In this document: one piece after another, positions 15,681-24,000 of the stretch | How the letters are laid out: the number at the start of each line of letters is the position of its first letter | Numbering within the stretch: the stretch's first letter is position 1 | Source: Paenibacillus alkalitolerans | Lineage (GTDB): Bacteria; Bacillota; Bacilli; Paenibacillales; YIM-B00363 | DNA length: 24,000 nucleotides | Assembly (NCBI RefSeq): GCF_016482785.1 | Contig: NZ_JAEMXM010000027.1 | Coordinates: 28,039 to 52,038, forward strand | Direction of reading: 5' to 3' | The notes under the pieces: generated by a model | What the model was told of the DNA's origin: nothing | Seen by the model: the letters and a program-made list of their open reading frames with translations, nothing else | Databases searched by the model: none | Made by a program: the position numbers and the translations under genes

Positions 15681-16251
15681 CGTATACATCGCAGGGCTGG
15701 CGGCACTATTGTTGATTTCGGCGGGGTGCGCGGCAAACGAACAAGAAGCGGCGGCGGACCGGACGCCGTATGCCGGATACGAGGAACGGGAGATCGCCGC
15801 TCTTTCCCTCGAGAAAACCGGCGACTTGCTTGGCGGCAAAGGCGCGGGTTACGCGCTGGCCGCCGAAGTAAACGGGTATCCGGGACCGCGTCATGCGCTT
15901 GATATGGAGAAGGAATTGGAGCTGACCGCGGAACAGAAGGAAGGGACGGAGCGGTTGTTCGCCGGAATGAAACAAGAGGCTGTGGAGCTAGGGGAGAAGA
16001 TCGTCGATCTCGAGCGCGAGTTGGATCACGCGTTCAAATCCGGCGAAGCGACCGATGAGCAGCTTCAGCGCCTTACCGATGAAATCGCGAAGACGGAAGG
16101 CCGTTTGCGGTATACGCATCTTACAACCCACCTTGAGATGAAGAAGCTTCTCACTGCGGAGCAGGTTGAACGGTATAACGAATTGAGAGGTTATACCGGT
16201 GAGCATGGTGCAAGCGGGGGCGGACATGATCAAAAGCATGGGGGGTATTAA
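15667..16251 (+). CDS. Putative lipoprotein with two LTXXQ motifs (CpxP/Spy/ZraP-like) and a His/Gly-rich tail
   Basis: Signal peptide plus Cys (LAALLLISAGC). Motifs LELTAEQKEG and LLTAEQVERY sit in predicted helical, charged sequence. The C-terminus is EHGASGGGHDQKHGGY. RBS GAAGGAGAG is present and the gene overlaps marR by 14 nt. Confidence 0.72.
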   Translation: MAKNNVYIAGLAALLLISAGCAANEQEAAADRTPYAGYEEREIAALSLEKTGDLLGGKGAGYALAAEVNGYPGPRHALDMEKELELTAEQKEGTERLFAGMKQEAVELGEKIVDLERELDHAFKSGEATDEQLQRLTDEIAKTEGRLRYTHLTTHLEMKKLLTAEQVERYNELRGYTGEHGASGGGHDQKHGGY

Positions 16252-16398
16252 GCAGCTGGCGGTGGAACAGGATATTTCTATTATAATGTGTAAAATCGGC
16301 TTCTGAGGCTGCGCAACCGAAGTTTCTTCGCTTACAGCGCATAAATCCGGCGTTCGCGACCGCTCCACGGCATCTGAATCAGACTTTCGCGGCGGCCA

Positions 16399-16446
16399 CA
16401 AAAAAACGCCCGACCCAAGCAACTGCTTGGAATCGGGCGTTTTTTG
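16399..16446. terminator. Bidirectional rho-independent terminator (acnA on the minus strand; marR-lipoprotein operon on the plus strand)
   Basis: An A-run, then ACGCCCGA-CCAAGC-AACT-GCTTGG-TCGGGCGT, then a T-run. It lies 8 nt from the acnA stop. Confidence 0.8.
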
Positions 16447-16453
16447 CACTTTC

Positions 16454-19174
16454 TTACTGCTTACCGGCCATTATTTGGCGGAGCACCGTCTGAAGAATGC
16501 CGCCGTTGCGGTAGTAATCGACGTCGACCATCGAATCCAGACGCACGACCGCGTCCAACTCGAAGGAGGAGCCGTCGGTGCGTGTCGCTTTCACTTTCAC
16601 CGTTTGACCCGGCTTCACGTCGTTGGAAAGCCCGCTAATGTCGAACGTTTCCGTACCGTTGATGCCGAGCGTGCCGGCGTTCTGCCCTTCGACGAACTGA
16701 AGCGGAAGCACTCCCATGCCGACGAGGTTCGAACGGTGAATACGCTCGAAGCTCTCCGCGATGACCGCTTTCGCGCCGAGAAGGAACGTGCCCTTCGCCG
16801 CCCAGTCGCGGGAGGAGCCTGTGCCGTACTCTTTGCCGGCGATGACGACCGTCGGTGTGCCGTCCGCTTGATACTTCATCGCCGCATCGTAGATCGGCAT
16901 CACTTCGCCGGTCGGCAAATATTTCGTTACGCCGCCTTCGGTACCAGGCGCCACTTGGTTGCGGATGCGGATGTTGGCGAACGTTCCGCGCATCATGACC
17001 TCGTGGTTGCCCCGGCGGGAGCCGTACGAATTGAAGTCTTCCTTCTTCACGCCGTGCTCGATCAAGTACTTGCCTGCCGGGGAATCGGCTTTAATGTTGC
17101 CCGCCGGCGAGATGTGGTCGGTCGTTACGGAATCGCCCATCAACGCAAGCGCGCGAGCGCCCCGAATGTCGGAGACGTCGTCCAACTGCTCGCTCAAGTT
17201 CGTGAAGAACGGCGGGTTTTGGATGTACGTCGACTTGTCGTCCCATTCGTACAATTCGCCTTCGGCCACCGGGATGGCGTTCCAGCGCGGGTTGGAGCGG
17301 AATACGTCGCTGTATTTCGCCTTAAAGATCTCCGGGTTCATCGCCGCGGAAATCGTGTCTATAATTTCTTTCGAGGACGGCCAGATGTCCTTCAAGTAAA
17401 CCGGCTGGCCGATCTTGTCGGTGCCGATCGGCTCGCTCGTCAAGTCGATATCTACCGTTCCCGCCAGCGCATATGCGACGACAAGCGGCGGCGAAGCAAG
17501 GTAGTTTGCTTTGACTTGCGGGTGCACGCGGCCTTCGAAGTTCCGGTTGCCGGAAAGAACCGACGCGACCGTCAAGTCGTTGTCCGCGATCGCCTTGCTG
17601 ACTTCGTCCGGAAGCGGACCTGAGTTGCCGATACACGTCGCGCAGCCGTAACCCGCCACGTGGAAGCCGAGCGCTTCAAGCGGTTCGACAAGGCCTGCGT
17701 TCTTCAAGTACTCGGTAACGACGAGCGAACCCGGGGTAAGCGAGCTCTTCACGTAACCCGGTTTCGTCAATCCGCGCTCGACCGCTTTCTTAGCGAGCAA
17801 GCCGGCGCCGATCATAACGCTCGGGTTCGACGTGTTCGTACAAGAAGTGATCGCGGCGATCACGACGGCGCCGTTCTTCATCTTCGACGTTTCGCCGTTC
17901 TCATGCTTCACTTCCACGGCTTCGGCGAGCTTCTCTTCGCTCAGTCCGTAGCCGCCTTTGTCCACAGGCTGGCGGACGATCGTATTGTACGTCGACTTCA
18001 TCGCGGTCAATTCTATACGGTCTTGCGGACGCTTCGGGCCTGCAAGGGACGGAACGACCGTGCCGAGATCGAGCTCGATCGTGTCGCTGAACACCGGATC
18101 CGTCATGTCGTCCGTGCGGAACATGCCTTGCGCCTTGTAGTATGCTTCAACAAGAGCCACTTGCTCATCCGTCCGGCCCGTGCCGCGGAGATAATTCAAA
18201 GTCTCGTTGTCGACCGGGAAGAAGCCGATCGTTGCGCCGTATTCCGGCGCCATGTTCGCTACCGTCGCACGGTCGGCAAGCGTGATCGCGCTCAAGCCGG
18301 AGCCGTAGAACTCGACGAATTTGCCGACGACGCCTTTCTTGCGGAGTATCTGCGTGACCGTCAAAGCCAAATCGGTCGCCGTTGCGCCTTCCGCAAGCTT
18401 GCCCGTCAGCTTGAAGCCGATGACGTCGGGCGTTACGAAATAAAGCGGCTGACCGAGCATGCCCGCTTCCGCTTCGATGCCGCCGACGCCCCAGCCTACG
18501 ACGCCGAGGCCGTTGATCATCGTCGTGTGTGAGTCGGTACCGACCAAGGAATCCGGGAATACTTCGGTCTCGCCGTCAACGGCCTTCGTCGCCGCCACGG
18601 ACGCCAAATATTCAAGGTTAACTTGGTGTACGATACCGGTGCCAGGAGGAACCGCGCGGAAGTTGTCGAACGCGGTTTGCGCCCAACGAAGGAAGCGGTA
18701 CCGTTCTTCGTTGCGCTCGAACTCGACTTTCGTGTTATATTCAAGAGCGTTCGCCGTGCCGAATGCGTCGACCATAACGGAGTGGTCGATGACGAGGTCA
18801 ACCGGTACGAGCGGGTTGATCCGTTTCGGGTCTCCGCCTTTCTTCTTCATCGTGTCGCGCATGGCGGCCAAGTCGACGACGACCGGTACGCCCGTGAAGT
18901 CCTGCAATACGATGCGCGCCGGAATGAACGGAATCTCCTTGTTATGGTCGCGTCCTTGCGCCCAACCGGCGATTTGCGCCACATGCTCCTCCGTAATCGC
19001 GCGTCCGTCGAATTGGCGCACCGCCGCTTCAAGAAGCACTTTAATGGAGAACGGAAGACGCGAAACGCCCGCAAACTTGCCCTCCAAATCGGCTAGTGAA
19101 AAATAATTGTAGTGTTGGTTGCCGACCGTCAGTGTTTTCCGCACCGAGTAATGGTCACGTCTAGCCATATTCAC
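16454..19174 (-). CDS. acnA: Aconitate hydratase A
   Basis: 906 aa aligning with the IRP/AcnA family over its full length ([62 protein letters not shown]). The track start at 19174 is GTG; the ATG at 19168 is an alternative. RBS GGGAGGA is present. Confidence 0.96.
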   Translation of the reverse strand: MNMARRDHYSVRKTLTVGNQHYNYFSLADLEGKFAGVSRLPFSIKVLLEAAVRQFDGRAITEEHVAQIAGWAQGRDHNKEIPFIPARIVLQDFTGVPVVVDLAAMRDTMKKKGGDPKRINPLVPVDLVIDHSVMVDAFGTANALEYNTKVEFERNEERYRFLRWAQTAFDNFRAVPPGTGIVHQVNLEYLASVAATKAVDGETEVFPDSLVGTDSHTTMINGLGVVGWGVGGIEAEAGMLGQPLYFVTPDVIGFKLTGKLAEGATATDLALTVTQILRKKGVVGKFVEFYGSGLSAITLADRATVANMAPEYGATIGFFPVDNETLNYLRGTGRTDEQVALVEAYYKAQGMFRTDDMTDPVFSDTIELDLGTVVPSLAGPKRPQDRIELTAMKSTYNTIVRQPVDKGGYGLSEEKLAEAVEVKHENGETSKMKNGAVVIAAITSCTNTSNPSVMIGAGLLAKKAVERGLTKPGYVKSSLTPGSLVVTEYLKNAGLVEPLEALGFHVAGYGCATCIGNSGPLPDEVSKAIADNDLTVASVLSGNRNFEGRVHPQVKANYLASPPLVVAYALAGTVDIDLTSEPIGTDKIGQPVYLKDIWPSSKEIIDTISAAMNPEIFKAKYSDVFRSNPRWNAIPVAEGELYEWDDKSTYIQNPPFFTNLSEQLDDVSDIRGARALALMGDSVTTDHISPAGNIKADSPAGKYLIEHGVKKEDFNSYGSRRGNHEVMMRGTFANIRIRNQVAPGTEGGVTKYLPTGEVMPIYDAAMKYQADGTPTVVIAGKEYGTGSSRDWAAKGTFLLGAKAVIAESFERIHRSNLVGMGVLPLQFVEGQNAGTLGINGTETFDISGLSNDVKPGQTVKVKATRTDGSSFELDAVVRLDSMVDVDYYRNGGILQTVLRQIMAGKQ

Positions 19175-19337
19175 AACATCCTCCCTGTAAAAAATGACCT
19201 GCCAAAAAACGAAACCGCGTCTTGCTGCAGCATATTTGCCATAGCGGACAACCTTCGGTTGCCTCGGCGCACCCGAGAAACATTTTAGACCAAGCCGAAG
19301 CGAGTTTCTCTTGTTTCATGTAGTGAAACGCGATTTC

Positions 19338-19352
19338 ATAAAATGCATCTAT
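19338..19352 (-). promoter_or_regulatory. Possible CcpC-type dyad (ATAA-N7-cTAT) upstream of acnA
   Basis: ATAAAATGCATCTAT is centred about 70 nt upstream of a TSS inferred from a minus-strand TAAAAT box (19287-19282). In B. subtilis, citB has an ATAA-N7-TTAT CcpC dyad near -66. Confidence 0.3.
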
Positions 19353-19485
19353 CATTAGTATATCCTCTCTGCGGCGGAAGGTAAAGGGCAATTTTTACTC
19401 ATTGTTCCCTGTTCCGGCGCATATATATTTCGGTACAGCAAGGTGCGTCCGGGACATTAGTTCGTTCGGCGAAGGAGGATTAACA

Positions 19486-20496
19486 ATGGACTGGAAACAG
19501 ATTTTATACGAATACGTACGTGCCGCCAATGAACGGGAGACGAGTTTTTCGGCCGTGCTTGACGAACGGCTTATCGCCGATCAGAGGCACAGGCAGCTGG
19601 AGAGAAAACGGCAGAACAGGCTCTGGTCCTGGTTCGAGCAGCGCGGTGCGAAACCGCTTGAAAGCGAGACGAAATTGACGGTCCGCGAGCGCCGGGAGTC
19701 GGAAAAATCGGTCGTGGCGGATATCGATATGAGAAAGACGATTAAACTGCGTACAGGACGCCGCATCCATACGGAAGAGCGGCTGGAGCGGGAGCGTTTG
19801 ACATTGGAGAACCTCGGGGACCGGTGGACGATTACGCGCGTCGAGCCGGTCACACCGGAGCTGTACGGAACCGGCGTGGCTAGCGCCGACGCCGAAGATA
19901 AAGCGGCGAACGGAAGAGGGGCATTCCGTTCCGTGCCTTATTTGAATGAGCGCGTTCTGGTGCGTCCGTATCCGGATGGTTGGGAGCGCGCGTACTTGTA
20001 TGACAGAGATGCGGCCAAAGCGTATGCGGACCGTCATTGGAACGATCCGAGCCCGAATTTCATCACGTTCGACGTCGATTGCACCAACTACGTTTCACAA
20101 TGCCTCTATGCAGGGGGAGCGCCTATGAACTATACTGATAGGAGGGAAACGGGCTGGTGGTACAAGGGCAAATCCGGCGGCAAGGAATTGTGGAGCTACA
20201 GCTGGAGCGTCGCCCATGCATTATTTTGGTACTTAATGAACAACCGCTCGGGGCTGCGGGCCGAGCTTGTGACGACGCCTCAAGAATTGAAGGTGGGCGA
20301 CGTTATCATATACGATTTCGACGGCGACGGGAAATTTCAGCACAGCACGATCGTTACCGGAGCCGACGGGACCGGCATGCCGCTTGTGAACGCCCGCACT
20401 TCCAACAGCAAAGCGCGTTACTGGGATTACCAAGATTCATATGCCTGGACGGAGCGGACGCAATACCGGTTTTTCCGCATTCAGGATACGTTTTAG
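19486..20496 (+). CDS. Amidase_6 (putative amidase domain, NlpC/P60-clan-like) protein with no signal peptide
   Basis: The C-terminal half YDRDAAKAYADRHWN...FDVDCTNYVSQCLYAGGAPM...WSYSWSVAHALFWYL...GDVIIYDFDGDGKFQHSTIV matches the Amidase_6 family. The start was trimmed to the ATG at 19486 (MDWKQILYEY), 7 nt after GAAGGAGG. Confidence 0.8.
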   Translation: MDWKQILYEYVRAANERETSFSAVLDERLIADQRHRQLERKRQNRLWSWFEQRGAKPLESETKLTVRERRESEKSVVADIDMRKTIKLRTGRRIHTEERLERERLTLENLGDRWTITRVEPVTPELYGTGVASADAEDKAANGRGAFRSVPYLNERVLVRPYPDGWERAYLYDRDAAKAYADRHWNDPSPNFITFDVDCTNYVSQCLYAGGAPMNYTDRRETGWWYKGKSGGKELWSYSWSVAHALFWYLMNNRSGLRAELVTTPQELKVGDVIIYDFDGDGKFQHSTIVTGADGTGMPLVNARTSNSKARYWDYQDSYAWTERTQYRFFRIQDTF

Positions 20497-20514
20497 GACA
20501 TCTGGGAGGTTCTA

Positions 20515-21660
20515 ATGAAGAAGATTAAAATCGGACTTATTTACGGAGGGAAATCGGGGGAGCACGACGTGTCGTTGTCGACCGCGAAAGCGGTGATCGG
20601 AGAGTTCGACTTCGATAAATACGATATATTTCCGTTCTATATTACGAAGACAGGCGAATGGCGAGCGGGAGGGCAATTGCCCGGTCCCGTCGATGACGTT
20701 CGCCTTTTGACTTTTGAAGAAGGCGGTTTGGCGGGCGAAAACTCGAAGGCGTTGACGCCTTTGTTCGGCGCGTTGTCGGCAAAACCGGAGGAGAAGGCAG
20801 TCACCGTGTCTTCCGCGGCGTCCGGGAAAGAAGCCTCCCCGTCGGTCGACGTCGTATTCCCGCTGCTGCACGGAACGTTCGGCGAAGACGGCACGATTCA
20901 AGGCATGCTTGAGATGCTGAACGTTCCGTATGTGGGCGCAGGCGTGCTCGCGTCCGCCGTAGGCATGGACAAAGTCGCGATGAAGAAGATGTTCGCGCAT
21001 GAAGGGCTTCCCCAGTGCGTGTACCGGCATTTCACGCGGAAGCAATGGGAGAAGGACCGTTCTTACTTCATCATGGAAATAGAGGTATCGCTCGGCTACC
21101 CTTGCTTCGTCAAACCGGCCAATCTCGGATCGAGCGTCGGCGTCTCCAAAGCGCGAAACCGGGAAGAGCTCATTGAAGCGGTGCGCGGCGCGTTCCGGTA
21201 CGACCGGAAAGTGATCGTGGAGGAATTTGTCGACGCGCGCGAAATCGAGGTGAGCGTGCTCGGGAACGATTCGCCGAGGGCATCCGTGCCGGGTGAGATT
21301 TCGTCTTCGAGCGAGTTTTACGATTACAAAGCAAAATACGTCGACGGCAAATCCGTAATGACGATCCCGGCCGATATTCCGCTTGAGACGGCACAAGCCG
21401 CGCAAGAGATGGCGATTCGGGCTTTCCAGGCGATCGAAGGCACCGGGTTGTCGCGCGTCGATTTCTTCTTGCGGAAAGAGGACGGAAAGCTGTTGATCAA
21501 CGAGATCAACACGATGCCGGGATTCACCCCGTTCTCAATGTATCCGCTGCTGTGGAAAGAGTCCGGCGTCCCTTACCGGGAGCTGCTCGACGAACTTGTT
21601 CGCCTTGCCGTCGAGCGCCACGAGGAAAAGAATGCCATCGTTTACGGTTTTGAAGCATAG
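20515..21660 (+). CDS. ddl: D-alanine--D-alanine ligase
   Basis: MKKIKIGLIYGGKSGEHDVSLSTA...FPLLHGTFGEDGTIQGMLEMLNVPYVG...GYPCFVKPANLGSSVG...EINTMPGFTPFSMYP are canonical Ddl motifs. RBS GGGAGG is present. The start is 18 nt after the amidase stop. Confidence 0.95.
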   Translation: MKKIKIGLIYGGKSGEHDVSLSTAKAVIGEFDFDKYDIFPFYITKTGEWRAGGQLPGPVDDVRLLTFEEGGLAGENSKALTPLFGALSAKPEEKAVTVSSAASGKEASPSVDVVFPLLHGTFGEDGTIQGMLEMLNVPYVGAGVLASAVGMDKVAMKKMFAHEGLPQCVYRHFTRKQWEKDRSYFIMEIEVSLGYPCFVKPANLGSSVGVSKARNREELIEAVRGAFRYDRKVIVEEFVDAREIEVSVLGNDSPRASVPGEISSSSEFYDYKAKYVDGKSVMTIPADIPLETAQAAQEMAIRAFQAIEGTGLSRVDFFLRKEDGKLLINEINTMPGFTPFSMYPLLWKESGVPYRELLDELVRLAVERHEEKNAIVYGFEA

Positions 21661-21679
21661 CATAAAGACAATATTGTCT

Positions 21680-21711
21680 GCGGTCGGGGGTGCCCGGCCG
21701 CTGTTCTTTTT
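21680..21711 (+). terminator. Rho-independent terminator of ddl
   Basis: GCGGTCGGG-GGTG-CCCGGCCGC forms 9 bp including one G-U pair, followed by TGTTCTTTTT. Confidence 0.8.
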
Positions 21712-21813
21712 CATCGGGCGCAATAATATACTATCATCGACGCTAGAACCGTAAAAATATGACCTGTTCAGTGTTGAGAAAAGATGGTAACATGTTTTTA
21801 AAGCGCTTACATT

Positions 21814-21843
21814 TTGCAACATGACAGCACTTGGTGTTATTAT
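21814..21843 (+). promoter_or_regulatory. Candidate SigA promoter (TTGCAA-18-TATTAT with an upstream TG) for the NSS transporter
   Basis: TTGCAA at 21814-21819 and TGtTATTAT ending at 21843. The roughly 70-nt leader contains a (GTTTT)3 run. Confidence 0.45.
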
Positions 21844-21917
21844 CACCAATGTTGTTTTGTTTTGTTTTCAACAAACAGTTGCATACTAAAGAGACAATTC
21901 AAGGAGGAAGCTATTGA

Positions 21918-23462
21918 ATGGAAAAACGCGAACAATGGGGCAGCAGGGCAGGCTTTATACTTGCCGCGGCCGGATCGGCCATCGGTTTGGGTAACATCTG
22001 GAGGTTTCCGTATATCGTCTATGACAATGGAGGGGGAGCATTCCTCATCCCGTATTTCTTCGCGTTATTGACGGCGGGCATTCCGATCTTGCTGCTCGAG
22101 TTCGGAATCGGCCGCTTGGGTAACGGATCCGCGCCGTTATCGTTGAGCAGGCTGTCGCGCAAGTTTGAGTGGCTCGGCTGGTGGCAGGTCATGATTTGTT
22201 TCGTAATAACCACATATTATGTTGCAGTCGTCGCCTGGGCTGTCAGTTATTTCTTTTACTCGTTCAATTTGAGTTGGGGAGAAGATACGGGATCGTTTTT
22301 ATTCGGAACGTATTTGGGCGTGCCGGGTGATGTCGTAACCGCATCGGGATGGAATTTGGGCGGAATAAAGCTGCAAGTGCTGCTCCCCCTGATTGCCGTC
22401 TGGGCGGGCGTATATTTTATATTGTATCGCGGAGTACGCAAGGGCATTGAGAAGATAAGCAAGTTATTCATGCCCGTCTTGTTTGTTCTTATGATTTTGT
22501 TCGTCATTCGCGCGATAACGTTGCCGGGAGCGGCTGTAGGCCTGAATCACCTGTTAACCCCGAACTTCGGGGAAATATTGCCGGCCTTCCTCGGCGGAAC
22601 GAATCCGGAATGGTTTAGCGTGTGGATGGCGGCGTACGGACAAATATTTTTCAGTCTTTCGGTAGCGTTCGCCATCATGATTACCTACAGCAGTTATATG
22701 GACAAAAAGCAGGACGTAAACAACAGCGGCTTTATAATGGCGTTCAGCAACAGCGGCTTTGAGTTTCTTGCCGCAATCGGCGTGTTCGCGGCAATCGGCT
22801 TTATGGCGGTGACTACAGGCAGCGACGTAAAGGACGTGGCTAAGGCCGGCGTCGGTCTTGCTTTCGTTGTATTCCCGCAAATTATTAACACGTTCCCTAT
22901 GCTAAACGGTTTCTTTGGCGCGCTCTTTTTCTTGTCGCTCGTTATTGCCGGTTTCACGTCTCTTATCTCCATTATTGAAGTGCTGATCGCCGCTGTGATG
23001 GACAAATTCCGCTTGTCGCGCAAAGGAGCAGTCAACGCGGTAGTCGGCGTTTGCGCGGTCGTGAGCATTTTGTATACGACGGGCGCGGGTGTGGTGCTGT
23101 TGGATATCGTGGATCATTTTATCAACAACTTCGGTATCGTTATTTCCGGTCTGCTGGAACTGGTACTTGTCGGCTGGTTCTTCAAAGTATCGCGAATTCG
23201 GGAGGAAAACAATCTCGTTTCCGACTTCCGGGTGGGCGCATGGTGGAACGTAATGATCATGGGCGTAACGCCGCTTATGCTGCTCATCATGACGTATCAA
23301 AATTTCGCGCTGGAACTTACGACGGCGTATGAGGATTACCCGTTCCATGCGTTGCTTACTTTCGGGTGGATAATGGTTGCCCTCACATTGGTGATCGCTG
23401 TCACGCTTGCTTACGTGTTTAAATGGAGAACAGACATCAATCAGGAGGTGTCCCGGACATGA
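21918..23462 (+). CDS. Sodium-dependent transporter, NSS/SNF family
   Basis: WGSRAGFILAAAGSAIGLGNIWRFPYIVYDNGGGAFLIPY is the NSS signature. The 514-aa protein is polytopic. RBS AAGGAGG is present. Confidence 0.93.
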   Translation: MEKREQWGSRAGFILAAAGSAIGLGNIWRFPYIVYDNGGGAFLIPYFFALLTAGIPILLLEFGIGRLGNGSAPLSLSRLSRKFEWLGWWQVMICFVITTYYVAVVAWAVSYFFYSFNLSWGEDTGSFLFGTYLGVPGDVVTASGWNLGGIKLQVLLPLIAVWAGVYFILYRGVRKGIEKISKLFMPVLFVLMILFVIRAITLPGAAVGLNHLLTPNFGEILPAFLGGTNPEWFSVWMAAYGQIFFSLSVAFAIMITYSSYMDKKQDVNNSGFIMAFSNSGFEFLAAIGVFAAIGFMAVTTGSDVKDVAKAGVGLAFVVFPQIINTFPMLNGFFGALFFLSLVIAGFTSLISIIEVLIAAVMDKFRLSRKGAVNAVVGVCAVVSILYTTGAGVVLLDIVDHFINNFGIVISGLLELVLVGWFFKVSRIREENNLVSDFRVGAWWNVMIMGVTPLMLLIMTYQNFALELTTAYEDYPFHALLTFGWIMVALTLVIAVTLAYVFKWRTDINQEVSRT

Positions 23463-23563
23463 GCGGAGCCGCGATCGGTATGTTTCTATTTGGGGCGGTC
23501 TTATTGTGGGGCGGGCTCGCTCTTACGATTGCAATTGCAATTAAGAAAAGTAAGAAGGTGTAG
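23459..23563 (+). CDS. 34-aa single-TM micro-protein, MetS-like small subunit of an NSS methionine/alanine importer
   Basis: I found this by hand; it falls below the ORF-track size cutoff. Its ATG overlaps the transporter TGA (ATGA at 23459-23462). The sequence is MSGAAIGMFLFGAVLLWGGLALTIAIAIKKSKKV, one TM helix with an LWGGL core and a basic tail. Confidence 0.65.
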   Translation: MSGAAIGMFLFGAVLLWGGLALTIAIAIKKSKKV

Positions 23564-23608
23564 CACACGACTTCCTTCAACGATTTGGGGCATGCCTGTT
23601 GTTGGGCT

Positions 23609-23676
23609 GCAGCTTGGAACCTATACAACGTAGCCGCCTTTCCCGACTATTAGTCAGGTCCAAGCTGCTTCTTTTT
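23609..23676 (+). terminator. Candidate terminator after the transporter operon (13-bp stem, large loop)
   Basis: GCAGCTTGGAACCT pairs with AGGTCCAAGCTGC with one bulge and a 33-nt loop, followed by TTCTTTTT. Confidence 0.5.
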
Positions 23677-23782
23677 GCCATCTTTCACACGCGACAAGAG
23701 TGCAAATAGGTTCTTGCTTTTGAAGGCGTTTTCGGTTACGTTGGAAGTCGAGAGCTCGTACAAGAAAGGTGTGTCAAATGTA

Positions 23783-24000
23783 ATGGAACCGTTGTTGACA
23801 GGGAAAAACATACTCGTCATGGGCGTTGCCAACGATCGAAGCATCGCTTGGGCGATTGCGCAAGCGCTTGCCGGACAAGGAGCGCGAATCATCTTTACAT
23901 ACGAAAACGAACGAGTCGAAGAACGCGTGCGAAAGCTGGCGGACACGATCCCGGGATCCGCCATCCTGCCTTGCAATGTGACGGTGGACGAAGAAATCGA
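23783..24000 (+). CDS. fabI: Enoyl-[acyl-carrier-protein] reductase (NADH) FabI, N-terminal fragment (3' end lies outside the window)
   Basis: The ATG at 23783 is preceded by AAAGGTG. MEPLLTGKNILVMGVANDRSIAWAIAQALAGQGARIIFTYENERVEERVRKLADTIPGSAILPCNVTVDEEI aligns with the FabI N-terminus. It is absent from the ORF track because it runs off the window. Confidence 0.9.
   Translation, partial: MEPLLTGKNILVMGVANDRSIAWAIAQALAGQGARIIFTYENERVEERVRKLADTIPGSAILPCNVTVDEEI

Noticed and set aside
16427-18532. Long plus-strand ORFs (398 aa and 290 aa) antisense to acnA
   Set aside because: Their Arg/Ala/Val-rich, low-complexity translations are typical of the antisense frame of a GC-rich gene. They have no RBS or family resemblance, and the acnA frame aligns with its family over the full length.
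21666-21679. Perfect 14-bp palindrome AGACAATATTGTCT just after the ddl stop
   Set aside because: About 1.5 such palindromes are expected by chance in this window, and it sits next to a genuine terminator. It is not distinctive enough to call an operator.
21712-21917. S-box (SAM-I) or T-box leader upstream of the putative Met/Ala NSS transporter
   Set aside because: The conserved S-box helices and the T-box sequence are absent, and the leader downstream of the candidate promoter is only about 70 nt.
23640-23782. FapR operator upstream of fabI (TTAGTCAGGTCC region)
   Set aside because: It matches only one half-site, with no inverted partner. The segment also forms the right arm of the upstream terminator hairpin.
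23650-23976. 108-aa minus-strand ORF overlapping the fabI 5' end
   Set aside because: The plus-strand frame from 23783 gives an unmistakable FabI N-terminus with an RBS, and the minus ORF is its shadow.
1-24000. Search for CRISPR arrays, tRNA or rRNA genes, IS elements, integrases, toxin-antitoxin pairs or defence islands
   Set aside because: No regularly spaced identical repeats, cloverleaf-like sequences, transposase, recombinase or nuclease ORFs were seen. All sizeable ORFs are accounted for by housekeeping or regulatory families.

Overview
The window reads as a core-chromosome segment of a GC-rich, spore-forming Bacillales genome. Paenibacillaceae is likely, inferred from gene content and the style of the intergenic repeats. 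I support 22 protein genes. Left to right: mutY (3' fragment); a gerA-type germinant receptor operon (A-B-C, minus strand); sodA; a small unknown ORF; a GNAT acetyltransferase; the DUF402 phosphatase ygaC/ntdP; queG; an HD-GYP protein; yneF (UPF0154); folE; an ECF41-type sigma factor co-transcribed with a CrtI-like FAD oxidoreductase; a membrane-anchored alpha/beta hydrolase; an IclR regulator; a MarR regulator overlapping an LTXXQ (CpxP/Spy-like) lipoprotein gene; aconitase (citB/acnA); a cytoplasmic Amidase_6 protein; ddl; an NSS-family sodium symporter followed by a 34-codon ORF absent from the ORF track; and the 5' end of fabI. I see no rRNA, tRNA, CRISPR array, transposase, integrase, phage gene or recognisable defence gene. 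I could not identify a convincing novel multi-gene system, and the region looks mostly housekeeping. The points most worth a second look are: (1) the ECF41 module with an exact TGTCACA-N16-CGTC promoter; (2) four phased copies of a 23-bp repeat upstream of queG; (3) a hairpin repeat family present at two loci; (4) the MetS-like micro-ORF; (5) the MarR/LTXXQ-lipoprotein pair with a perfect 20-bp palindromic operator. Several ORF-track starts are N-terminally over-extended and were trimmed using RBS spacing and homolog N-termini.
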